Of a stretch of DNA of 64,000 bases, positions 39,247 through 50,070 are shown piece by piece. The stretch's first letter is position 1. Each line of letters begins with the position of its first letter. The stretch covers positions 1 to 64,000 of the forward strand of contig CAWBMV010000011.1 in assembly GCA_963789955.1 (NCBI GenBank), read 5' to 3'. Both the position numbers and the translations under genes were made by a program. Under the pieces are notes generated by a model that was given only the letters and a program-made list of their open reading frames with translations, did not search any database and had not been told where the DNA came from. The stretch comes from an uncultured Candidatus Rokubacteria bacterium. Its GTDB lineage: Bacteria > Methylomirabilota > Methylomirabilia > Rokubacteriales > CSP1-6.

Positions 39247-39273
39247 TTAGCACTCATCGTCTACAAGTGCTAG
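39247..39273 (+). promoter_or_regulatory. CIRCE element (HrcA operator) overlapping the groESL promoter
   Basis: TTAGCACTC-N9-AAGTGCTAG; TTGACT (-35-like) at 39239-39244. Confidence 0.88.
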
Positions 39274-39310
39274 CGCGATTCCCATTACTCCAACTGGAGG
39301 GAGCAGGCAG

Positions 39311-39598
39311 ATGAAGGTGCGTCCGCTGCACGATCGAATCATGGTCGAGCGTCTGGAAGAGCAGGAGGTCAAGCGGGGCGGGATCATCATCCCGGACACG
39401 GCAAAGGAAAAGCCGCAGGAGGGCAAGGTCATCGCGGTTGGGACGGGAAAGGTCGGCGACGACGGCAAGAAGATTCCCCTCGACGTGAAGGCCGGCAACA
39501 AGATCCTCTTCGGAAAGTACTCGGGCTCCGAGGTCAAGATCGACGACAAGGAATATCTCATCATGCGCGAGGAAGACGTCCTCGCCATTCTCGAGTAA
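39311..39598 (+). CDS. groES: Co-chaperonin GroES
   Basis: [23 protein letters not shown]. Confidence 0.98.
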   Translation: MKVRPLHDRIMVERLEEQEVKRGGIIIPDTAKEKPQEGKVIAVGTGKVGDDGKKIPLDVKAGNKILFGKYSGSEVKIDDKEYLIMREEDVLAILE

Positions 39599-41233
<1,635 letters not shown>

Positions 41234-41274
41234 GCTCTCCGAGTCGTGCGTTCGAGCCCGCGCGATGCGCGGGC

Positions 41275-41311
41275 GCCGGCCCGGGCCAGATGGCTCGGGC
41301 CGGTTGTTTTT
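41275..41311 (+). terminator. Intrinsic terminator of groESL
   Basis: GCCGGCCCGGGCC-agat-GGCTCGGGCCGGT followed by TGTTTTT. Confidence 0.7.
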
Positions 41312-41913
41312 CAGCCGATCTCGCGGCGGCCTTCGAGCGCCTTCGAGAGCGTCACCTGATCCGCGTACTCCAGATCGCCGCCGACGGGGAGCCCTCGCGC
41401 GATCCGCGTGAGGCGCACGCCGAGCGGGCGCAGGAGCTTGGCGAGATAGAGCGCCGTCGCCTCGCCCTCCACGTTCGGATTCGTCGCCAGGATGACCTCG
41501 GCGATCGCGCTTCCTTCCAGGCGCGCCAGCAGCTCGCGCACCTTCAGATCGTCGGGTCCGATGCCGTCGAGCGGCGAGAGCGCGCCCAGGAGCACGTGAT
41601 AGCGGCCGCGGTATTCGCCGGTACGCTCCATCGCCATCAGGTCGTTCGGCTCCTCGACGACGCACAACAGGCGTCCGTCGCGGGCCGGGTCCGAGCACAT
41701 CCGGCACGGATCCTGGTCCGTGACGTTGAAGCACGTGCCGCAGTAGACGATCCGATCCTTGACGGCGACGAGCGACTCGGACAGCTCGCGGACTTCGGCG
41801 GCCGGGCGCTTGAGCAGAAAGAACGTGAGCCGCTGGGCCGTCTTCGGCCCGATGCCGGGCAGCCGCTGGAAGGCTTCGATCAGGCGGGCGACGGGCTCGG
41901 GGTAATACGCCAA
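41311..41913 (-). CDS. recR: Recombination protein RecR
   Basis: [12 protein letters not shown]4 zinc finger, [12 protein letters not shown]. Confidence 0.97.
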   Translation of the reverse strand: MAYYPEPVARLIEAFQRLPGIGPKTAQRLTFFLLKRPAAEVRELSESLVAVKDRIVYCGTCFNVTDQDPCRMCSDPARDGRLLCVVEEPNDLMAMERTGEYRGRYHVLLGALSPLDGIGPDDLKVRELLARLEGSAIAEVILATNPNVEGEATALYLAKLLRPLGVRLTRIARGLPVGGDLEYADQVTLSKALEGRREIG

Positions 41914-41923
41914 CCGGCTCCGC

Positions 41924-42238
41924 CTACATACCCAGACCGGGGATCTTCATCCCGCCGGTCAGCTTCCCGAGCTCCTGCTGCACGAGCTCCCGCGATTTTC
42001 TGAGCGCCTCGTTGGCGGCGGCGAGCACGAGGTCCTCGAGCATCTGGACGTCCTCTTTGTTGACGACCTCGGGATCGATCTTGACGGCGGTGAGCTCTTG
42101 CTTGCCGTTCGCCTCGACCGTCACCATGCCGCCGCCGGCCGTGGCCTCGACCTTGCGCTTGCCGACCTCTTCCTGCATGGCTGCCATCTGAGCCTGCAGC
42201 TTCTGCGCTTCCTTCATGATGTTCCCGAAGCCCTTCAC
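41924..42238 (-). CDS. ybaB: YbaB/EbfC nucleoid-associated protein
   Basis: [32 protein letters not shown] start overlaps dnaX stop. Confidence 0.95.
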   Translation of the reverse strand: MKGFGNIMKEAQKLQAQMAAMQEEVGKRKVEATAGGGMVTVEANGKQELTAVKIDPEVVNKEDVQMLEDLVLAAANEALRKSRELVQQELGKLTGGMKIPGLGM

Positions 42239-43988
42239 TGACCTTCTCCTTCTGGCAGGCGCGGCCGTACCGCGACCACCTCGCCCTGAAATTCCGCGAT
42301 CGCCGCCTGCACCGCCGGGTGCGCCGAGATGGTCCCGGTGGCGTCGCTGCCCGACACCACGTTGATGCGCTCGGCGCCGGCGACGCAGCGCCGCACCGCC
42401 TGCAGGACCAGCTCGCGGTTCGCGACATCCGCCAGCATCTCTCGATGGAAATGATTCCCGTGCAGCACGATCGTCAGCTCGCGATCGCTGATCGCGCTCG
42501 GCCGGGCCTGCGTCAGCAGGCTTCCGAGGGTCGGCTTCTTCTTCATGACCTCGTCTACGACCCGCTCCCACGCCGTCGCCAGATCTTGCGTGGGCGGCGG
42601 GGCCGCCGATGCGGGCGCCGCCGGAGCGGATGGCGGACCGGGCGGCGGAGCGACCATGGTCGAGCGCGGCGCGCGTCGGTGGCGGCGCGCTCGCCGGCCG
42701 CGGAGCGGGCGCGACTGCGCTGGGCGCCACGGCGCGGGCAGCGGGCCGGCCTGCGCGCGTCGACACGCGCCGCGGCGGGCTCAGATCCGGTCAAGAGACT
42801 CGCCTGCGCTGCCGGCGCGGTCGCCGGCGTCGCGAGCGCGTGCTGTCGGATCTCGCGCTGCGCCTCGTCGACCCGCCGCAGCACGTCGTCGAGCGCCTGA
42901 GGCACGGGGCGGCGCGTCGAGCGCACGGTGGCGATCTCGAGCTCGACCCGCGGGTGCGGCGACTCGCGCATGAGCGCGTCGGCTTCGAGAAACGCACGGA
43001 GCACGTAGAGGATCTCGTCGAGGCTCGCGGTCTCGCCGAGCTTGCGCAGCTCGTTGCCTTCGGAATGCGTGAGGTCGGCGGGCTTCGCGTTCGGCGCGGC
43101 CTTCAGCACGAGCGTGAGCCGCAAGAGCTCGATGACGTCGCGCGTGAACGCCAGGAGATCCTCGCCGTCGCGCGCCGCCCGGTCGATCGCCTCGAGCGCC
43201 GCACTCGTGTCATGCCCGACAATGGCCGTCGCGAACGCGCGCACCGTGACGGGCGCCGTCGCGCCGAGCAGCTTCGCGGTCGTGTCCGCCTCGAGCCGGC
43301 CTTCACCGTAGGCGATCGCCGTGTCGAGGAGCGAGAGCGCGTCGCGCAACGAGCCTTCGGCCGCGCGCACGATGACCGGCAGTGCCGCCGGCTCGAACGG
43401 AATCTTTTCCTCGTTCAGGATGCGCTCGAGCGACGCGCGCAGCGCATCGGGCGCGATCGGGCGGAAATCGAAGCGCTGCACGCGCGAGAGCACGGTCGGC
43501 GGAATCTCGCGAGGGTCCGTCGTCGCGAGCACGAAGACGATGTGGGCCGGCGGCTCCTCCAGGGTCTTCAGGAGTGCGTTGAAGGCGGCCTCGGTGAGCT
43601 GGTGGACCTCGTCGATGATGTAGACCTTGTACTTGCCGCGCGCCGGCGTGTACTTCACGTTCTCGCGGAGCGTCCGGATCTCTTCGATACCTCGATTCGA
43701 GGCGCCGTCGATCTCGATCACATCCACGAGCGTCCCGGCCAACCCCTCGACGCATACCGCGCACTTGCCGCAGGGCTCAGGGCCGGTCCGTGCCGTACAG
43801 AGGAGCGCGCGCGCCAGCAGCCGGGCCGTCGTCGTCTTGCCGATGCCGCGCGGACCGGCGAACAGGTAGGCGTGCGCGATGCGGCCCGAGGCCAGCGCGT
43901 TCCGGAGCGTGCGCGTGATCGCGTCCTGACCGACGACGGCGTCGAACGTTTGCGGGCGCCACTTCCGCGCGAGAACTTGATAGCTCAT
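42235..43988 (-). CDS. dnaX: DNA polymerase III subunit gamma/tau, two apparent frameshifts in the Pro/Ala linker
   Basis: YQVLARKWRP, GPRGIGKTT, IIDEVH, SLRDA; C-terminal domain in ORF 42235-42657. Confidence 0.95.
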
Positions 43989-44007
43989 GAATCACGCTCA
44001 GAAGAAA

Positions 44008-44277
44008 TGACCGTGCACCCTCCTTCGAACGGCCCGTACTGCGATCTCTCCCCGGAGCCTGCTCCGGCCAGGTACTCCCACGGCACACGAGAGGGTCGCC
44101 TTACCGTTGCTCCCTTCCGGGCCTGGCGGGGTTCGACGATTCTCGTTGCGTGGGGCCCAACCTTCAACGCCGCCCCGTGAAGCTCACTCAACACGATCCG
44201 CCCTCGAGAAGGAATTCAACCCCGCTGAAGCGGATTGCGGGTTACAGGGCACCGCTAACTCCCCGTCTAGCACGGCC
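44008..44277 (-). ncRNA. ffs: Large (Alu-domain) signal recognition particle RNA
   Basis: 5' GGCCGTGCTAGACGGGGAG.TAGCGGTGCCCTGTA, helix-8 CCAGGCCCGGAAGGGAGCA, 3' GTGCACGGTCA pairing with the 5' end; upstream of dnaX. Confidence 0.9.
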
Positions 44278-44291
44278 AAGCGGAACACATC

Positions 44292-44384
44292 TGGCGGAGG
44301 GGCCGGGATTCGAACCCGGGGCACAGGGGTTACCCGTGCACGGCATTTCCAGTGCCGCACCTTCGGCCGCTCGGTCACCCCTCC
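44292..44384 (-). tRNA. tRNA-Ser(GGA)
   Basis: GGAGGGGTGACCGAGCGG...CTGGAAA...long variable arm...GTTCGAATCC...CCTCCGCCA. Confidence 0.95.
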
Positions 44385-44427
44385 ACATTTCTGGCTCATC
44401 GGGACTTCGACGATCGTCGGGAAAATT

Positions 44428-44522
44428 TGGCGGAGGGGAGAGGATTTGAACCCCCGAGGGACCTTCTGGGCCCCTATCCGATTTCGAGTCGGACGCCTTC
44501 GACCGGGCTCGGCCACCCCTCC
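44428..44522 (-). tRNA. tRNA-Ser(CGA)
   Basis: GGAGGGGTGGCCGAG...CTCGAAA...long variable arm...GTTCAAATCC...CCTCCGCCA. Confidence 0.95.
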
Positions 44523-44568
44523 GCCTACTTTTGCCGAATGACTCTACCACGTTACACGATGGGTCACG

Positions 44569-44847
44569 GCTACTGCCCGTCGCTCCAGCACGAGCTCAAG
44601 CCCCAGCCGACGCCCTGTCCGCCGCGCAGGCCGGTCGCTGCCCCGATCTGCTGCCGTCCCCAGTCGCACTGGGCCTGCGTCCCGAACGGTCCCTGGGTGG
44701 CCGCCGACAAGGCCTGGCCCGGGTATTGAGTCACGACCATGAACCACCAGAACGCCACGATCGCGCTGCGCTTCGCGTTCATCTTCCCTCCTCGAAAATC
44801 GCCCGCCGAGGTTCTACTCTAGATGAGCGTCACAGTATCACTGGGTC
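44569..44847. repeat. 279-bp direct repeat, copy 1
   Basis: Aligns without gaps to 50071-50349 with 10 substitutions by manual count. Confidence 0.95.
44570..44782 (-). CDS. 70-aa hypothetical microprotein, copy 1
   Basis: RBS GAGGAGGG; hydrophobic N-terminus, GPFGTQAQC and LSSCW; ORF kept intact in both copies. Confidence 0.7.
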   Translation of the reverse strand: MNAKRSAIVAFWWFMVVTQYPGQALSAATQGPFGTQAQCDWGRQQIGAATGLRGGQGVGWGLSSCWSDGQ

Positions 44848-44865
44848 ACGGCGCTGACAGACGTT

Positions 44866-44884
44866 ACGTGACGACGCGCTTCGC
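44866..44884. repeat. 19-bp direct repeat ACGTGACGACGCGCTTCGC, left copy (att-like)
   Basis: Identical to 50033-50051. Confidence 0.85.
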
Positions 44885-44887
44885 TGC

Positions 44888-44908
44888 GAGTCAAGTTGGA
44901 GTCAAGTT
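44888..44908. repeat. Tandem GAGTCAAGTT x2 (possible integrase arm-type sites)
   Basis: Copies at 44888-44897 and 44899-44908, next to the 19-bp repeat and the integrase 3' end. Confidence 0.5.
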
Positions 44909-45356
44909 CGGGAATGGGCTCGGGCTCCGATCGGGCGACCTGCATCGCTGTCTCAGCGGCCGACCGCGGGGCGACCGTCTTCTCGACAGCCGTCCGCAGG
45001 TGATCGGGGCTCCGGTGGCTGTATCGCTCCACCATCGCCAGCGACGCCCGGCTTCTCGAAGGGCTTCCTGAGCCCGCTTCACCGCTCTAGGAAAGAACTT
45101 GTCCGGCTCACGGTAGCGACGGGGGGAAACGGGCTCGCGCAGATCATTGGGCCGGGTCCGCTGCGTGCGCATCTCTACAAGGACGGCCTCGACGCGGAAG
45201 CCACCGGGCTTGTCCTCGACGGCGTATCCACGGCCCCTCGGAATAGGTCGGCAAGGTTGCACAGCCAGCGAGAAGGAGGGCCAGGAAGAGCGTGCACGCG
45301 TGACACCCGGCGAATCCGAGGGCTGCGCTCAGGAGCTGCCGCGTTGGTCGAGCACG

Positions 45357-46243
45357 CTACTCGATCAACTGGTCTGCTCGCAGCAACAGCGTCTGCGGGA
45401 TCGTGAGCCCGAGGGCCTTGGCGGTCTTGAGGTTAATGGACGGCTCGTACTTATCGGGCTGCTCGACCGGGATATCACCAGGCGTCGCTCCCTTCAGAAT
45501 CTTGTCAATATATGTTGCCGAGCGACGGAACTGTCTCGCGAGATCGGTCACATAGCTGAACAGCAGTCCTGCTCTCACGAACGGCTGGTAGGTGGTTGCC
45601 GTTGGTAGTCGGTTCTTGACAGCGAACTCCGCGAGCCTCTCGGCATCACATGGCGTGATTGGTACCGGCCAGACGTAAAGCGCCTCTGCGCGTTGCCTCA
45701 GCACGGCCGTAAAGGCTGCGTCGAGATCCGCCGACGTTCGGAGTTCGACGCGTTGTGGTCTAACACCCAAGATCTTGGCTGCGACTGCCATCTGCTGATC
45801 GGGCACCGTCTGGCCAGGGTTGCTCGAATCGATCAACACGGTAAGGCGAGAGAGCGAGGGAGCGCCTCCTTAAGAAGCTCGAGATTCTTCTGGACCATCT
45901 CGGGACTGTCCTGGTCGTCTGCTTGGCGACCAGAGTCAATACCCGGCCCGTCGTATGCAAGATATCGACGTTTAGACGAACCAACTCGGCTACTAGGTCG
46001 GGGGATCTGTCGGGCTTCCCTGGTGCACTTCGGTGCACTTCCGCATTCAATGACGATGTTGCGACCCTCGTCGTAGCCCAGTTCACGTAAACCTTGGCGG
46101 AAAGGGATGAGGAATGGATCGTCCGAGCAGCCGAAGTAGCTGAGATAGCCAATCCGATAAACCCTTCCCGCCTGCTGCCCCTCGGCCGCGAGCGGCGCAA
46201 GAAGGCTGACAGCGAGAACGACCACGAGCCCGATCAGCCGCAT
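45357..46243 (-). pseudogene. ABC substrate-binding protein (PF04392-like), frameshifted and deleted
   Basis: MRLIGLVVVL..AEGQQAGRVYRIGYL, FRQGLRELGY.EGRNIVIE, YIDKILKGA.PGDIPVEQP...INLKTAKALGLTIP. Confidence 0.85.
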
Positions 46244-46571
46244 GGGCATGTCTCGGTGGAGGATGCTGGCGGTCAGTCGATTCTTGCTGGATAATCTGAC
46301 GGGCGATGCGCTCGCGCTCGGGCGCGACGGGGGCACACGCTCGGTGTGAGGATAAGCCTGGCGGGAGTCGCTATCGGGGTTGCCGCAGCGACGATGTTCT
46401 TGGAGGAAGGCGTCGAGGTCGGCGAGCAGGTTTCGGTCACGTTGATTACGCACACGGCGCCGCTACTCGGACGCAGTCACTGCGTCAACGTCTCCGACTG
46501 TGGATATTACCTCCCCTTCGGCCCACGGGGGGCCACGGTGTCGGGAAGGCGTCCGGGCAACGACTAAAGAG

Positions 46572-46790
46572 TCACTCGGTCAAGCGGTAATGCTGCCTGA
46601 GAAGCGTGCGGAGCTTCTGGGCCATCGTCACGCCCTCGTCGGCGGCGTTCTTCTTGATCGCGCGATGAAGAGGCTCTGGAAGGTCGAGGGTGAGGCGCTT
46701 CATCCGGATTCGCGCCCGTGGGGATGTGCTCAGCGCCTTGCTTCTCTGATGATGTGTCCGCTTCCCGCGCTTGGTAGGTGAGTCGGCCAT
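46572..46790 (-). CDS. Ribbon-helix-helix DNA-binding protein (ParG/CopG-like)
   Basis: MKRLTLDLPEPLHRAIKKNAADEGVTMAQKLRTLL. Confidence 0.75.
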   Translation of the reverse strand: MADSPTKRGKRTHHQRSKALSTSPRARIRMKRLTLDLPEPLHRAIKKNAADEGVTMAQKLRTLLRQHYRLTE

Positions 46791-46843
46791 GTTGACAGAT
46801 TCTCCGTACCCAGATTGACCTTCCACCTCTGGGCAGGGAACAA

Positions 46844-46859
46844 AGCAAGAACGGTACCG
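46844..46859 (-). promoter_or_regulatory. Putative sigma54 -24/-12 promoter for the RHH gene
   Basis: CGGTACCGTTCTTGCT (GG-N10-GC). Confidence 0.45.
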
Positions 46860-47154
46860 CACTGTTGACTACTGCAAAAGCAGTGAGTTACAGCGGCCGA
46901 GGGTGACGGCGCTGGAAACAATGTGTCCGCCATCGGTGTGTTGCTAATCACGGTGGTCAGCCTGGGAGAAGGCTGTTCCTCTCAGGCTTCGCTGATTAGG
47001 CATAAGCATGGGTTCTACAACTCGCCGAAATTTTGGCCAATAATTTTGTACGATTGATGCGTTCAGCAATTACGGAAATACAGAATTTCTGCTAGACTCC
47101 GCTGACTCTTTTCGCGCCTATTGCTGCGACGCGACCGAAACAGCGGAGGGCATA

Positions 47155-47358
47155 TTGAACACTTCGCTCGTACCCAACGATCTCAACGGCGCTCGCGGCA
47201 TCCTGATCGGCACAGTGCTGTCGTTGCCGCTCTGGGGACTCATCCTGGCGCTCTGGTATCTCCTGACCTCGGGCGGAGGGCATCCCTTATTAGCTGACGG
47301 CGATGAATCTTTGTGGGTGGACGATCCTCGGACTGATGAGCTGAGGATGAGCCGTTGA
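47155..47358 (+). CDS. Small single-TM hypothetical protein
   Basis: RBS GGAGGG, TTG start; ARGILIGTVLSLPLWGLIL. Confidence 0.5.
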   Translation: MNTSLVPNDLNGARGILIGTVLSLPLWGLILALWYLLTSGGGHPLLADGDESLWVDDPRTDELRMSR

Positions 47359-47888
47359 GCACACATGATGGTCGTCGACGAAGTCTTCAAGGCGGCGAGA
47401 AGAGTCATTCAATCACACTGACGGAGTCATCGCCCCCAACCTGTCATTTTTCAGGGGGGTGTGCAGAGTCTCTATCTCTCCTTCTCTCTCTGACATTGTC
47501 CCGCTCGCTGTTGAACTTGGCTGAGCCCGACGGCAGGGCATCATACCCTCAGTTCACGGCGCGGAGGAGAGTACCGACATAGGTGCCTTTGACTCGAAAT
47601 TCTCCTGTATAGGAAAGAAAGCGAGTGGCTGGCTTTCCGGGCAGTGACACCGTGTCGCACCCGCAGCAGATGCGACCCCTGCGGATGGACCCGTGTCCGC
47701 GTCCTCTTCGGCCGATTCAGATTCCCAACGAAACGGCGGCCGGTCTGGTCAGTCGGCTGACGCGCTCGATGCTACGGCCAGCCCAGCTCGCCGACCTCTC
47801 GCTTGCGCTCGGTAAAGAACGCCTGAATGCCCTCGTGCCCGTCGCCAGGGCAGGCCATTGGAGGGATGGTCCCAGGTCCCTGGTCTGC

Positions 47889-48188
47889 TCACGAGCCCAT
47901 AAGCGCGCTGAGTGCCTCTCCAATTTGGATAGTTACCGGGGACCCACGCCCCGCCTTGAATTCCGTAAGGTCCTCCGATGACAGCACTAGCGTTGCCGAT
48001 TTGCCGAGCGGTGAATGCAGCGCCAACTTCCATGGAGCGCCCGGCCCAGGCAGACTCATCGAGCCGTCAAAAACCACAGGACCGGTGGGACTGAGCCGGA
48101 CTCCCTTTTCGGTCGCGAGCGTCCTAACAACTTTGACCAGGCGCACCCGCATATCGATCACGCCGGATTGTGTGTATAGCTCATCCAT
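47889..48188 (-). CDS. Hypothetical protein
   Basis: RBS GAGGAGG; directly downstream of the receiver-domain gene. Confidence 0.55.
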   Translation of the reverse strand: MDELYTQSGVIDMRVRLVKVVRTLATEKGVRLSPTGPVVFDGSMSLPGPGAPWKLALHSPLGKSATLVLSSEDLTEFKAGRGSPVTIQIGEALSALMGS

Positions 48189-48260
48189 CCCCGTGCCTCC
48201 TCATCCACGAACAAGAATTCCGAAAGCCTTCCCAGGTTCTGCTGCCTCAACACACGCGAA

Positions 48261-48641
48261 CTAGATCGATTGGCAAGCCATGGCCACGATGTGCTCAAGG
48301 GGAACGAAGTCGACCGGTTTGGGAATGTAAGCGAACAGCCCGAGCCTGAAGATCGCTTCGACCACCTCACGCTTCGTACCCTTGCTGGCCGCAATGATTG
48401 GGATCGCCCTGTCGTGTTGGCGAAGCTTCGTTACCATCGAGAGGGCATCGAACCCTTCCATCTCGGGCTCAAGGATGATCAGATCTGGGCGCCGCTCGTT
48501 GAGCGCGGTGACGGTCTCCGAAGTCGACGTCGCGGCAACCACATCGTACTCACAGGCGTGACGGAACCTCGCGAAGCAGTCCTTCAGCCGTGGTCCCTGC
48601 GCCTGGTCGTTATCGAGGATGAGCACTCGTTTCGACATCAC
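48261..48641 (-). CDS. Single-domain response regulator receiver, atypical (Glu at the phosphoacceptor position)
   Basis: RVLILDND, PDLIILE, IPIIAAS, AYIPKPVD; RBS AAGGAGG. Confidence 0.8.
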   Translation of the reverse strand: MMSKRVLILDNDQAQGPRLKDCFARFRHACEYDVVAATSTSETVTALNERRPDLIILEPEMEGFDALSMVTKLRQHDRAIPIIAASKGTKREVVEAIFRLGLFAYIPKPVDFVPLEHIVAMACQSI

Positions 48642-48671
48642 GGCTCCTCCTTTAGCACTGGCCAGGTCCAT

Positions 48672-48688
48672 CGCATACCTGGTGCCAG
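48672..48688 (-). promoter_or_regulatory. Putative sigma54 promoter for the receiver gene
   Basis: CTGGCACCAGGTATGCG (TGGCAC-N5-ATGC). Confidence 0.5.
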
Positions 48689-48804
48689 AGGTGCGAGTCC
48701 CTACGAAGTACTGTTTCTCAGGCGGTTAGAGGCGTTGGCGGCGCGTGGGAGGTAACTTTCTAGCCTGCCGGGGTGAGAGAATTGTCCAGTCCTCTCTCTC
48801 CCAG

Positions 48805-49005
48805 TCATTCGCGTTTCACGCTGATTCGTTCGTGGGCGCCCCAGGTCCGGATGTCGGGCACACCGGGTTGGTTGACTCTTAGGAGCCGCACTTGCGCATT
48901 CTTTCCGCCCGCCGTGGTGAATGGATGGCCGACGACTTCCCATTCACCAGTCTCGTCCGTGATGCGGTCTCCAATCCGAAGCTGCATCGGAAGGACACGG
49001 GCTGT
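48805..49005 (-). CDS. Small beta-rich hypothetical protein, probably 5'-truncated
   Basis: LPMQLRIGDRITDETGEWEVVG.P.TTAGGK...RTWGAHERISVKR. Confidence 0.55.
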   Translation of the reverse strand, partial: TARVLPMQLRIGDRITDETGEWEVVGHPFTTAGGKNAQVRLLRVNQPGVPDIRTWGAHERISVKRE

Positions 49006-49009
49006 TCCG

Positions 49010-49329
49010 GGTGGCAGGGGCGGCGGTCTTGGGCACGATGGCGCCCGGCAGTCGATGCAGATGTACATCAAAGCGTTCCCTGATCTTCACTTTGGCATCG
49101 AGCAAATGATCGCGAGCGGTGAGTACGTCATTACGAGATGGCACGGCACGGGAACCCACAAAGGGGAGCTGATGGGAATTCCCGCTTCTGGTCGGCGCGG
49201 AGAGGGCGTACGCGGCTGTAACGTCACGGAGTACAGAGGGGAAAGATCGTTCGCGAATGGGTGTACTGGGATGTCGCCACCTTGCTGCGCCAGATCGGTG
49301 CGATGCCTGCTCCAAGCGGTACGGTATAG
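49010..49329 (+). pseudogene. SnoaL-like ester cyclase fragment (5'-truncated, frameshift)
   Basis: AFPDLHF.IE.MIA.G..V..RW..TGTHKGELMGIPASG; KIVREWVYWD..TLLRQIG in the next frame. Confidence 0.75.
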
Positions 49330-49472
49330 CGGCCGACTTAACGCAAAACGAGCGTCGGGACTCTCTCGGCGCTCGTTAGTTCGACTGCGACGAAGCCGAG
49401 GCCCGCGGCTCGTAGACTCCCATCGCGGTCCTCAAGTTTCTCCCCGAAACGCCTAGGCCCAGGAGGTCAGCC

Positions 49473-49919
49473 ATGAAGGAATTGGTCTTCGCTCTGGAGT
49501 TCAAGGGCAGCGCCGCGCCCGTGCCCGGCTCGGACAAGAAACTGCAAGCCAAGACCTCAGCTACCAGTCAGATCCTTCGCAGCGTACTGAAGGCTGACGG
49601 GATTCAGGCAGGTGTTGAATCGACCGTCGGAGGATCCGCGAGCTTTGAGTCCGAGGTCGAAATCGTCGGCGAAGGAATGTTCGTCGAGTCCGGGAGTATC
49701 AGATACGGGGATGCCGGTAAGGTCTCCTTCAAAACGGTCGGACGTGGCACCCTTGGTCCCAGCCCGGTCGCCGACATCCAGCGGGGTGCGGTCATGTGGG
49801 AGGTGACCGGGGGCGAAGGGCGTTTGGCGGGCGCACAGGGTCTTATCACGTCAAACTTCACGGTGGGAGCACAGGGTGAGGTCGTGGACGACCAATTCGC
49901 CCGGCTCTACCTTCCCTAG
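49473..49919 (+). CDS. Hypothetical beta-strand-rich protein
   Basis: RBS AGGAGG; WEVTGGEGRLAGAQGLI motif reminiscent of dirigent/allene-oxide-cyclase-like barrels. Confidence 0.7.
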   Translation: MKELVFALEFKGSAAPVPGSDKKLQAKTSATSQILRSVLKADGIQAGVESTVGGSASFESEVEIVGEGMFVESGSIRYGDAGKVSFKTVGRGTLGPSPVADIQRGAVMWEVTGGEGRLAGAQGLITSNFTVGAQGEVVDDQFARLYLP

Positions 49920-50032
49920 TCAATTCTGCGGTCAGTCCCACTAGCGCTCCGCGAGCGTCGAGTCTTCTCGGCGCTCGTGGTGTTTTGAGGCGCCGCCCTG
50001 CGAGAATCCTACGGGTTTGAGAAGGTAGCGTC

Positions 50033-50051
50033 ACGTGACGACGCGCTTCGC
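50033..50051. repeat. 19-bp direct repeat, right copy
   Basis: Identical to 44866-44884; overlaps the palindrome CGTCACGTGACG. Confidence 0.85.
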
Positions 50052-50070
50052 CGCCGCGACGACCGCACAA

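Larger units (their letters stand above)
44838..45200 (-). pseudogene. Remnant of a tyrosine recombinase/integrase (C-terminal part, internal deletion)
   Basis: SLAMVERYSHRSPDHLRTAVEK resembles the catalytic-Tyr box; preceded in another frame by DKFFPRAVKRAQEALREAG; HxxR/LG(H/W) segment missing. Confidence 0.65.
44866..50051. mobile_element. Decayed integrative element/genomic islet
   Basis: Terminal direct repeats, integrase remnant, visibly lower GC, pseudogenes and small ORFs, next to tRNA-Ser. Confidence 0.55.

Noticed and set aside
42555..42790. Programmed ribosomal frameshift in dnaX (gamma/tau)
   Set aside because: Two frame changes are needed in a GC-rich linker, no A-rich slippery site is visible, and similar indels occur throughout the window; more likely sequencing error.
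49336..49381. Integron attC site (ACTTAAC...GTTAGTT)
   Set aside because: About 46 bp, shorter than typical attC, with an imperfect R' box and no intI or cassette array.
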